Source: Bugula neritina
Taxonomy: Eukaryota; Animalia; Bryozoa
Reading direction: 5' to 3'
Assembly (NCBI GenBank): GCA_964035545.1
Contig: OZ037767.1
Span: 755,680-819,679 of the forward strand
DNA: 64,000 nt
Shown: piece after piece, positions 1 to 12,900 of the stretch
How the letters are laid out: each line of letters opens with the position of its first letter
How positions within the stretch are numbered: position 1 is the first letter of the stretch
Translations under genes and position numbers: made by a program
The notes under the pieces: model-generated
Databases searched by the model: none
What the model was told of the DNA's origin: nothing
What the model saw: the letters and a program-made list of their open reading frames with translations, nothing else

Positions 1-6
1 ACTTAC

Positions 7-77
7 ATGGATGTGTCCAAAGGGTTCAAGTCTTCGGTCTAAGCACTTAGCTAGTCACCGGTAGAGTATGTTAGCAC
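7..77 (-). other. Candidate non-coding (5'UTR-like) exon of a gene continuing left of the window
   Basis: Good acceptor (ttttccag, 78-85) and perfect donor (gtaagt, 1-6). All three frames contain stops. The exon ends in CCAT, so a split ATG is possible. A 22-bp x3 repeat abuts the acceptor, as at real exons elsewhere in this window. Confidence 0.35.
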
Positions 78-84
78 CTGGAAA

Positions 85-152
85 ATAACCTGTGGTATTA
101 GACACTATAACCTGTGGTATTAGACACTATAACCTGTGGTATTAGACACTAT
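85..152. repeat. 22-bp tandem repeat x3
   Basis: ataacctgtggtattagacact repeated. Confidence 0.9.
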
Positions 153-1576
153 AACAGAACACATTTGTTATTTTATCTTAAATTACTATCAAAATTTTCA
201 AACAAAAATTTTAGACTAATCACCAGAAAGTTGTTGAATTATTTGAAAATACTCCTTAATATTTAATCTTTCACATGTGTCAATGGCTGTGTGAATCTAG
301 AGAATATCTGAGTCAGTCACTCAGTCAATATGAATTCATACTAGCAAGCTGTAAGACTCCTGGCTATGTAATATAATAGTCTAATTGCTCTGTTGACTCT
401 AAGCAAGCTTGATTACTATCAACCCAATAAAACTATTATTAAACTTATCAGATTCCCCAGCTTGTCATATTAAGTCATGTTTTAGTGATCAATTAAAATC
501 AAATGTTTTTAACAGAATTTCAGTAACAAAAAACCGTATTTAATCAATCAAACAGAACACATTTGAGTTTTTTGGTGAGAAAATATACGCATTGTAGCAG
601 GGGAGATTATTGTTTTATTAACTTTTAATATTTTTGTCTTTCAAATAAAGAATAAAAATATGTGAAATAAGATGCACAGTCACTTTTACCCCTCCACATT
701 TTTAGAAAATACAAAGTAATAGAACAATTAAAAATCCCTCGTCTAGTATAAATTTTATATGAAAATGTAGAAAAATATGAAACTACAAAAAATAGAATCA
801 GTTACTTTTCTAGTAGCTAAAAACTAATCTATTAGAATAAAATATTTCAAATGAAGCCAACATTTTGTAGTCTAATATACAAGTGAGTTTGATTGCCAGA
901 GAATATTTTAACATCCAGGTAAGACAAAAGAACAACTTCCATTGGATGATGCTTTACATAACATCATTTGGGTAGAGGAAGGAATGCCATTTATCATTGG
1001 GTAACATAACAGTCTCAACTTGAGGTCTACTCACGGAGCTAACTGTTTTAAATCCCTCGATATGATACACACCAATACACAGCAAATGTACAAGTGTGAG
1101 AAAAAGACATTTAGCCGACTTTTTCATTTGAGGGGAACAGCAAATTAGTGTTGAATTTCATAGCCTCCAGGCTCTGCAATTAACAAATCATTTAAATGAA
1201 GTCATCAATACTTAAATTAGTACAACGAATATCCATATTATAACACATTTGACTTCCTTATTCAGTAAAGCAGTAAAAGAAAATCAAGTCTTTCTTAACA
1301 TAATATAGCCAACCGAGACAAGCTGAGAAAATCTAGGAGAAATATTGAGGGCGAGTCATACATCTGGTTTAAAAATGCTGATGAAATTTCTGGCAATTTC
1401 TATGAGATTTTAATTCAGATTTTACTCTGTAGTTGAGAGTTGTACTTTAGATGTACAGCTAACAGATCATACTGGCCAGCAGTTTACTTTGTTAAGATAA
1501 ATTTTCTGAAATGCTTCGTATTGTAATGTAGGCACTCTATGACTATCTAAAAAGTAGGTGTATAGATAAATGCCGA

Positions 1577-1680
1577 TATTACAGTCAGCTAGGTGTCAGT
1601 ATTATAGTCAACTAGGTGTCAGTATTACAGTCAGCTAGGTGTCAGTATTACAGTCAGCTAGGTGTCAGTATTATAGTCAG
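1577..1680. repeat. 23-bp minisatellite x~4.5
   Basis: tattacagtcagctaggtgtcag repeated. Confidence 0.9.
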
Positions 1681-4600
1681 TTACTGGTAAATGTAGTCAA
1701 ACATCCACAGCAACTGTAAAAGTGAATGACTATAATTAGACAAATATTTCTAGAAATTCCAATTCTCTGCAAGACAAATCTTCAATATTTAATGAAATAA
1801 CATTTCAAAATCCTCTTTTTTCCCAGCACTGCTTTATATATATATAGCTTTTTGCTTTATCCTAAAGCACTGCTTTATGTAGCCCTAAACACTGCTTTAT
1901 ATTATAGCCCTAAAGCAGTGCTTTATATAGCCCTAGAACACTGCTTTATATAGCCCTAGAACAAGCTGCAAACTTATTCTAGTTGCCTTTAACACAGAAA
2001 TTAGCAAGTATTTAAATACGCAATATGAAGAAATGCCATAAAAAGACTGCATACTATCTGCAGTGGTTGGTCACGGTGTAAGCTTAGAAATGAGATGAAC
2101 TCTGCCAGCCAAAGGAAAATAAAATTCGTAATTTTTCCCATGAAACGAGCAGTCATTAATCACTGGTGGGCCATTGATTTGCACTGTTGACACTAGCAAA
2201 CAGTGAGTGAGCTGAGCAAGTACTGGAGGATAAATACTGTATAAAACGCTTGGCACTAAACAATAATTATCTTATTAAGTCTTTTAATACGTTAGCTAGT
2301 CAACAAGTAAAGTACGTACAAGTTATTTTTAAAATTTAATAATGCATGTGTCATCTTACAGCATTCTTAATGTTTCACCTTCTCACACTTTTAATAAGCA
2401 GACGTGTTAGTTTATTTAATTTTTTGAACACCAAGTAGAGTGATAGGTGGAGCGAGACAGAGATGGGGAGGGGGTTAAAAAGGGGAAACAGCCAAGGCTT
2501 GAATTGCAAACTTACTTAAGATTTTAGGCAAAAATGAAATTTTGTTTCCACAAATTATTCAAAAAGTAAAATCAAGTGAAAGTGGTGGGTCTTCGCGATG
2601 AGTCAATCTACAAGTTGTTGGAGTTGAAGGAGGGAGATAAGGGGAGTTGTAAAAGTGCATGGCTACACTAAACAAGCTCCGTGTGAACATGATATTATTT
2701 GAACAGTTTCTAAACAACATGGGCTGTATTTGTTGCCTAAGTGATAGTATAAGATCAGTTGTAGGAACGGGGCGTACAAACACCCAGCCTATCAACAGTG
2801 CTTAGAGAGGTGAGAAAGGCTGAAAGAGTTTCAAAGCAGACAGGTGGGTTGTGAAGTTACCAACATACTGTATATATTACTGAGCCGTGTTTGTTTAGCA
2901 GAAGTATGCAAGACTAAAGGGAAGATGTTGGTGAGGGAAGGTGCTGTCACCTTCCACCACATCCCTCCGTAAGATGGCAGGAAGCCAGACTGGTTTGTAA
3001 ATTATGCGCAATATTAAAGGTAAAGGAAACCTGCATAAATTGGAATAATAATCAGATGTATCCATAGGGGCACCGCTGTGCTGATTTAAGTGACTTTCAA
3101 AATCTCAGCAACAGCAAGATATGCAAATATCCTTTGGTGTAGATCACATAATATAAAGCTCATACGATACACCAACATACCTCATTACAAAATCATGTAA
3201 GGTAAGTAGACCACAAATGCACATTGCAGAGTTTAGCAACACCCCAATGCTAAGATTATCCAATACTATCTCATTACAAGAAATACCATCTCATTAGGGC
3301 CGTGTGAATCTTCCCAACACAGATAATATGCAGAGGGAATGTAATACATCATGTGCAAAACACAGTGCACCATCTAATTGTGTGTTTGGTTCTACATAAC
3401 ACGCAGCTAGCTGGAATCTGTGGCGCCACACTGTGGACAAACAGACAGACTGTTACATGTGCGGCCTCGACACACATGTTGAAGGCAACTCAAATTACAT
3501 TGATACAATCAGATTTATGCCCGATAACTGTAATTATAGACTTGGCTAGGGTGAGGGTGGTCTGGTAGCAGCCCATTCTGTCTGCTGTTTGGCTGGTAGA
3601 CACGCAGACGCATGTGTCAGCATCTACTACGTCATCAACATCTTAAAGAGTAACATTTCAGACCTAACTTTTTTGTGTGAGTCAGAATGGCATAAGTTGG
3701 TGGGAAAGAAACCGAAATTTTATGCTCCATTTTCCCTGTACAAAATAAAGTATGTTTACCAGAGAAATTCATACCAAGTGCTGAATTGAGATGAAGTTTA
3801 CTGATATTATGATAAATTAAAGCAAACCGATATTCTAAGTTAGATATTAATTAATTAATATTAGTTAATTAGAAATGAGTTAGCAAGTATCAGAAAGATT
3901 AGTCAGTCTTAACACCATCCTACAAATCAAATGAATCCCAAAACTTGAAAATTTGCATATTTCAAAGGGCTTTCCCACGCCTCTCTGTTAACAAAGTACC
4001 ACATGAAAAATCTAATTATCTAACAATTCTTTTGTTAAACAATTAAATTCCTATAATTTATCACTTTATTAATTGCAAATTAACTAACTTGTTGGTGCAC
4101 TGAAGTCTACTAACTTCCAGTGCCCTAATGTCTGGTGCTGGCAGAGAATTATATTTATTTTAGTTTGCAGGTTTAGTTGAGTGTAAATTACACGGGAGAG
4201 CTCAGTGTAAAGCTATTTAGAGCTCAGTGTAAAGTTATATAATCTAGCCCACAACTGGTAGCTAAGACATCCATGCTATACAAGGATGTTTATTGGGAAC
4301 CCTTAGTGGCTGGCCAATGAAAACATTTCTTTGTAAACTTTGCTCTCTACTCTGTTATTATTGGTTTGATGACACAACAGCCTCTAGAGTCATACTCTTG
4401 AGGCCACAGAAGTGAAATAGGAAGAGGCTGTTGATCCATAGAATTGTTTCTCTGCTAATTTTAGCCTCCACTGGCTCCCCACTCATTGCAAAACTGTATT
4501 TTTAACTTTCGCAGGAAGGGGGTGTTTACTTAACTCAAACCTGGAAACTTGTGGCAGCAAACATAACTTAGTGCTGCCGCAGTATTTGAGCACGGCAGGA

Positions 4601-7600
4601 AAACAGCGGCAGAAAAACCGCGGTGTTGTCTTACAATGGCAGCATATTTATCTATACAAAGCAGCACCTCGTATACGTAAAATATTGGTATACAAGAATT
4701 AACTAGCTTTAATATCTAGTCATTAAATATTCTTCAATACAATGTCAACATTTTTGAGTATTCAGTTTCTGCTGGTGTAACTCAACCTATTCCACTATTT
4801 GTATACATGGAAAGTTAATTATATTATTTAATTATGACTTGGCATTTCAAAACTTAAAATTTATTAATAAACTGGTTTTTGAGATGTTCTCACATGCCTA
4901 GATATGCTCAGCAATGCGCAGTGACAACACTGAACCTATCAACTGATGAAGTATGTAACTCTACCAGAGAGCAGCGCCTAAAGACAGCACTCAATCTTAA
5001 GACAGCAGCTGGAATCCAATCAATTAAATATTTTTATTCATTAAACCAGTGATATTAGATAATTGAGTAACTCCACACTATAAACCAATTAATAAGGAGT
5101 CTGTCCGTGTGTCCATAGCACCTGGGACAGTCAGTTGTATTAGATTTTGGCAATTAGATTTACGAGCCGAGCCAGTATCGGTTTACACAGTAAAGAGGAT
5201 AGAGCTGGGCTGTTTGAACTGTACAATAGGTTCCCTACAATTCTATTCATGTTAGTATTTATCATTATCTCCTTTGTATGATATATATTACAAGTCTATT
5301 TTCCCACGAAATATTTTATATGAAGTATGTAAACATTATTCAACCATCAAACACTTCCTTAGCCTTAACTTTTAGATTTTATTTGCTTAATTAGGCAGTT
5401 ATATCTGGCAAATTCCCCATAAAGTACGCCTCATAACTTTCCTTAAATATATATGTATTAATATAGCAATATATTAATATAGAAATGTATTAATATATAA
5501 ATATATTGATATATAAATATATTGATATATAAATATAAATACTAATAAATTGAAAATCAGCACAATGTTAACCAATTGCTGTTTCGTCAATATTTAACTT
5601 GATTATTTTCAATTTTTATCCAATTAATTAAATTACTATTTATAGATTAGAATATTTGCTAACAAACATTTATGTTAGAAAATATGAGATGAACAATTAA
5701 TGCCTCAACTCTATTATATTTAAAGCAAGAGTCTGGGTAGTTGTATTGGGAAGGAGTTAATAGCGCTAGAGTAAGATAAACCTATTTACATAAGCTATCA
5801 ATCACAGCTGATTATATACATTATATACATCAGAGGGGCGAAAAGCATGGGAAAAAACCTAACTTAGTGACTTAGCTAGACAAAACAGCAACACATAGCT
5901 ATATTAAGGTATATGCTGCTCCTACCTTTCTCTTAGACGAACAGTGTTACAGGAAATATCCTTTAGCAAATATCTGTGTTAATTCGTATGGATGCTTGAA
6001 ATAAGTGCTGCCTTATAAATGCTGCCAATATTAAATATCTCCAGTATATAAAATAATAGCATCCATCAAATCCAACAGCAGAAGTTGTTCAGATGTAGAC
6101 TCGATCTCAAATGAAGACAGCAGAAGTCTAAAATGATGATTTTTCGATTAGTTTGCTAGTGCCAAACCCTCACTGGGTTATGTTAAAAGCCTTTCTAGAC
6201 CTGGAATGTTGAGCCTAGTGTGGGAAAATTATGCCCGTGCTAGCTTAGTCATTGTCATTAACCACGTGACCTTTAATCTGTCACTCTAATAGGCCAAGCT
6301 AATAGTTTGTTGAAGATGTATTGTAATAAAGGGCTTATACAATTATTATCACCACTCGGTATCTAACTGAGATACACGATGTCCGCATGTAATCACATTA
6401 TGTACATTCCACTTAGGCCTTCGTATTGCCCGCCTATCACCAGTCATGCTAAAGTTCAACACTCTACCACTATTATGTTATTTCCAGTTTATTAATTTAT
6501 TTAATAATCAATTTAATTTTTAACTGTTTTTTGTTTGCAGCTCTTCATAAAGCTGTAGAGAGCCCAGAAACAAGAGCACCAACAAACTACATGAGATAGA
6601 TTCCTCCAGATACCCTAACAATGGTGACACATAACAATTACAGTAATCAGTAACATGAAGGAGAATATTTAATTGACTGCCATTGTTTGGCTTAAATAAT
6701 TAATTAGATATAAAATTTAAGATGCTACGATGATAGATTCTTATCAAGTCAACTGTACCCCTTTTACTATAGAGATAAACATCATTGGACATCATTGGGT
6801 GGAGGTCATACTTGGGCAGACAACTTCTACTAGCACAGAGTTGACTGATAAATGCAATCATAGTAGATACACTACAAGATTTAATATGACCCTGTGTGAC
6901 CCCTATGTAACGGTTCAACAGCTTCAAGGAGGAGGTGACTCCTTCAACTTCACCATTATAAGTTCTCTTGTGATTAACATCTCGTTTAAGTTTTTCGTTA
7001 TTATATTACAATAATTTTCAAATAGTCTATGTACTTGAGAAGCTTTCTGTAAAAATTATCTTCATTAAAAAGACTTGAACTATATTAACAAAACAGAATC
7101 ATACTAAATTTCATTAAATTAATTGCATAGTAATTCATGTATACATAAAACAATTCTGTTTAGCAATATATAAAGTTAAAATTATATTACGTAATAGTTC
7201 ATCTATTAGCTGATTTATCACCTTATTATCTGGTGATAATGAAAGGTAGTGTTAGTTCATATGATAAATGGTTTATTTCAATTGTCGACTATATATTCTA
7301 TAGCAAAAATGTCATTTGTCATAAATAGATTGTAGAAGAGATATATACACAAAATTACTGCATCATCTTCTATGAAACTCAAGTCTAACTTAAAAGACGT
7401 CTTAAAAAGCTGGTCCAGCATTTACTCAAAGAATGTTTACAAATAGTTTTGCCAGCATAACTTGGCTTTCTGGAAAGTTCCACTTCCTGTACAGAGAGAT
7501 GATTTATTGTAATATCACCGAAAGTGAACTCATAGCAAAAAGTGTAGAATATAAGTGAAAAGAACTGCAGGTAAAGTGAGTTGATGGCAGGTAAAGTGAG

Positions 7601-9869
7601 TTGACGGCAGGCATATTATGTTAATGAATTAATAAATTAAAAGAGATCATGTGACAAGGTACTAAGAAATTCTTTAGTTTCCTCAACTCAACACATTTTT
7701 TGAGTTACTGAGAAAGTTCTTTAGAGCAAATCAAGTTTGTATAAAAGTTTTGGTGTCTTGTTTGCTCTGCTATTCTTATTGAAAACTCGCCATAAAGAAA
7801 AATATAAATAAATAATATTATACTAATAGGCCGAAAGCAGACGTGTGAACATGATTATTCTGCCAAAAGTTTTTGGGAAATATTTGCTGCTCTGCTACTC
7901 AAATTTAGAGAATTTAATACAAATGGTGGTTTCTAATAGAATTTAGCAGGTAAATCTAGAAAACCAGCTTATGTAAATGCTGTATATTTAATCAAAGGGT
8001 AGTCAAGAGAGAAAGCTGTAATTTAGGGTAATATATGCTAAGAGTACCGTGGAAGATGTAAGCTAGTCTCTACGCATGACTCTTAATGTAAACTCATAAA
8101 CAGACAGACATACAAGTGTTTAACATTACTCAGTTTTACGTATGGTGGTAATGCATCATGTAACATATACTTGTATAGAATATAGACCTTTCTGATGTGA
8201 ACCCAAGTCCCAACCTTTCTATACGGAGAACATTGTCTCTATATAGTAGATATATATATATATATATTATATAGTATCTATAGACTGCAGCTAGTTGTAT
8301 GCTATTTGACTGGCGCAGTGTTCTACACAGCAAGCTATCAACAATAGTTTCTATAGTAAACTGTGAACAGACTCTCTTCCAACTTTTTAGAAAAATATTA
8401 GCTTAGAAACTTCAAGCTATTCAGCTAAAATGATATTAATGTATTTTACTTTAATATTACTTCTCCAGTTAGATTATACTTCTACATTATATTACTACAT
8501 TATATTACTATAACTATTATATTATATTGCTATAGAGGATTACTATATATTACTATAGAGTATTACTATATATTACTATAGAGTATTACTATAATTATAG
8601 GCCTACTATATTACTACATATTATATTACTATATATTATATCATTATATTACTATATAATATTATATTACTATATATATGTATTACAAGTTTTAAATGTT
8701 TACTCACTGAGTAGTAATATATCTGTTTGAATAAGATGAAGTACAAGCATTGACTAGTGAAGTATACACCTTGTAGTACGATAGTGTCACCTTCTTTATC
8801 TACTCTCCTTATATTCACCAAAGATTACATCTTCTTCCAACAAGTTTATCACCAATTTCTACAGCTGTACATATCGTATTCCTACTCCATGAGTCAATGA
8901 TAATTTAGCAAGCTTTTCAGCTAATTTAAAATACTGCTACTAAGCTCTTTATGGTTACATTTGTTAAAAAAGTTCTCACAAGAAATTTCAATGTTTCAAT
9001 ACTCAACATTTTAAGTTTAAATGAGTGACAAAAATAAATGTTGGTCTGGTGTGACGCCCCTTTCCTATAAGACAACACATCTTATCGGCCCGTGTCAGGA
9101 GATAGCATTGTTGTATGTAAGACACACTTGGAATGTATCATGATTAAAGGTATGCGCTCAAGGCTACATGTACATTTGATTATCAAATATTGAAACCAAT
9201 TGAAATTTTATCATATTGATATTCTTAGTGAGTTTGAACAGCATAAACACCATGCTAGTTATATATATGCCCAGTGTTTTTCAACAAATGCTTTCAAAAG
9301 AATATTCTTTAAAAACAAACAAATATTAATTTTTGTATCCCCTGGCATTGTACTTGTAAACAAAATATTTGTACAAAAATAATTTACGATTGTTAAATGA
9401 ATATATAAGCTATTAATAGAAATGATGCCTTAAAATTTCGCTTTGTTTGAAGAGTATATAGCTATTAGATTCAATGATAGAATCAGTTTGATGGATATTG
9501 AGAGAATTGAGGAGAGATGTTAATTAAGATTGAGTTGTGTGTAGTCAAGTGTGCTGAGCAACAAATACTGAAAGTGAGGAATGCATGGGTTGGTGCCTTC
9601 CTTTAGGTGACAGTGTGACACCTTCATAAACATATACCTGCATAATTAGCATTCAGTGTTATGAAAACTCTCAGTTTGTAGGCATTCAGTGGTCAGAGCC
9701 TCAGTTCTTTGAAATGCTAGCAGAGAAAATAGTATGGTTCAGAGGCTATACAAGTTTATTTCAAAAACAATTAAATTTTATAAGATTATTTCATAACAAT
9801 TCCACAGAAATGTATTGCAAAGATGAAGTGAACATGAATAGATTTTCACAGTTTTCGCTTGTAACTCTT

Positions 9870-9875
9870 TTTATT
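9870..9875 (-). terminator. Candidate AATAAA polyadenylation signal of TIMM50
   Basis: tttatt on plus strand, ~60 nt past the TAG. Confidence 0.45.
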
Positions 9876-9934
9876 GTTCATAATTCCTGTAGAGTTTCAG
9901 TGTGAGGTACTTGAGCTAAGATTAGGCTCTCAGT

Positions 9935-12900
9935 CTATCTTTTCTGTGGAATAAATGGGCTCGTCCTTCCTTGTGCTTTCTTCATTTTCTCTTCGGCTTG
10001 GAGTTTACTCAACTCTGACTGTGTTTTCTACAATGATGCAATCAACTGCCAATCACCTGACATTTAAAATGCAGAGAAAAATAAATTAAATTTGAAATGT
10101 TTTGAAATTGATGGGAATAATGAAATTATATCCCATTTCTGGAAATGAGAATTTATGTAAATATTAGATTGTGATCCATTCCACCTTTTTGACTTGACAA
10201 GATGACATGCGGTACATAAAACTTGTCATATACGAGTAGAACTATGATGGCCAGAGAGTTCCCAAATAAAGGTGTGAGCTGAATTCTGTCATTATCTCAG
10301 CATATTTGCCATACTTTGCTGATATCAGCAAACATTTTGCTGCCCCAGTTCTCTATAGCCCCAGTTTCCTGTTGCCCCAGTTCTCTGTAGCCTCAGTTCC
10401 CTATAGCCCTAATTATCTGTAGCTCTTTAATAACCAAAAATCTTACTAATCAACAAGCTGGAAAATCTAATAAATCTACAAACTATAGTAAACAAACAAA
10501 TAGCAATGAATAAACAGCTGAGGGTGAATTCCTCCATATCAGAACAGATGAACCTATAAGACGCCATAAGCATTTGATATGCAGAACCCCACAGAATGCT
10601 GCAGGTTGCTACAGAATGCTGCAGAATGCTAGTTGCAGACGAAGTTGAGTGTCAACTGTGTACTTGTGGCGTGTCTGCACTGACATCTAATCACTTGTCA
10701 ACTTATAGAGATCAATTTGACTCTGCTTAATCTTTGATTATTGGATTAGCAGATTTACTCCGTCATTCCACCAGCCTGCTGCCTGGATAGACGCAGGTGT
10801 TACCACATGTATGTTTGGTAAGCTTATCCATTAGAATGGAAAAACAGTACTGGCTGGAAAATAGTGGAAAACATGTTTAGCTTCTCTAAGCCAGGTTTTG
10901 TTTATCTGTCGTGGGATTAGCGGAGCTGGTGACAAGTTTGAGCATGTTTAGAGATGCTTGCAGGGAATGTTGACGAGTCCATTCAGTGCATAGCAGAGTG
11001 GTGGTGTGTTTACCGTGGTGGTGGTGGTGTGTTTACCCAGAGGGAGGGAACTGAATGTCAAGCAGACAGTTCACTCTGCCATGTCACATGACCTCCGTGT
11101 GTCTCTCCACACAAACCGTTCACCATCAATATTCTGGTCCATTTCCAGCCCCATTACATCAACCGACACCTTCCCAATCAACTTCAAGCTGTGACTTTCA
11201 GAGGCAATTTGCCAACATTGCACTTAATGTTCTAACTTGGTTTTTTATATTGAAGACGTTTTATCTGGCGTTGAGTGATTATTGGAGTAAGAAGAGAACC
11301 GTTGTGATTATTTTGATGCTTATTATTATACATTGTGTTTTAATTGTCAACACCCACTGCAAGTTCTTAAATTAAGTGTTAATATTACCTTAATGTTAAT
11401 GTTGTTAATATTACTAGAATAACCAAGATAATACTATAACATAATATCAAAATATATTAACATAACATAATATAAAACAATATATCATAATATAATACAA
11501 CCTAATATCATAATATAGTACAACATAATATCATAATATAATATAATAACATAATATAATAACATAATATAATATAATAACATAATATAATATCACAACT
11601 CACCAACACAGCTGCCTGATTCTCCCGGAACTTGTGCATCGGGTCATCAAAGTCATTGTAATAGAGCAGCACAGACCTCACGTCCTTCACCTTGTTGGTT
11701 ACTATGGCTACAGAGAAATGCTGACAATGAGTTTGAATTGGATTAGTGTAGCAGCAGAGAAAGTGTTGCCCAGTTAACTTATGTATGGTAATAAAGGCTG
11801 CCGTGGACTCACTTTGAAGGAACGCTGCCAAGTCATACAGCTCCCTGTCATCTTTATCTCCCGTCCACTTTTTCAATGCCAGACCATTTCTGGGGTTGAG
11901 TTTATAGTGCTCTTTACTCGTGTCCAATAGTATGACCCGAGACAAATCTCTATTAAGGCAAGTCAAGTCCTAGAAAAGACATTAAAAAGCCTTGTTGATG
12001 CAAATTGATTAAAATCCAATTAAAATTAAATATTTAAATTTACCTGTGGATCTGACAGGTACAGGTTTAGGTGTTCTCTGAGTAAATAAGTTATCTAATC
12101 TGGGTAAATCTTACATCACCGAGCTAATACCCCATAAGTAAAGTATTAATACCCATTAAACAAACTATTATATCATTCTAATATGACAAATTTATTAAAT
12201 GCAGCATTTTTTGCCCGTAAAAAAATTCTGCACTGCTAAAGTTCTTGCACAGGCACAGCCTATCCCGAACCCAAGAGAAAAACATTTTAAAATTAAAAAC
12301 CGGGGTTTGGTGAAAAGTGGTTGACAATTCAAATCATCAAGTGCAGGAAAATGAAGCTTTAGGCTCATTCAGATAGTTGTAAGCAGTTACACAACATCTC
12401 ATTTGAATCTAGATTTTGATCTTAAAATAACTATATATGCATGTTGGGGGCCGATTAGAGGGATAATTCTTATATTATTAAAATATTTAATTAAATATAT
12501 AATATTGAGTGAACAGGGAAGGATGTATGAAGAATACAAAATTTTTTTGCTAGCATTTCAGTAATATTTTGGAATTAGATGGTAACTTACCAGCAATATG
12601 CATGTAATTCAAAAATATTACTGAAATGTTAGCAATAATTTTAGAGAAGTTGGAAAAACTTTATAGTTGGTAATTAAAAACCTGGGGTTTGAGTGCATTT
12701 AAATAATAACCCATAGTAGAATAAAAAATGTAAGATTTTCGTTTAATTCTAATTTTTTAAAACACATACTGCTTGTTCTAAAATCAAAGTTGAATAATTA
12801 GTAATATTCTGGTGAAGGGGAGAGGTGAAGGGGGAGGGGTGAAAGGGGAGAGGTGAAGGGGAGGGGGTGAAGGGGGAGGGGTGAAGGGGGAGAGGTGAAG

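Noticed and set aside
10740-11375. Higher-GC segment with short ORFs in the last TIMM50 intron
   Set aside because: No recognisable motif or phase-compatible exon; possibly a decayed repeat.
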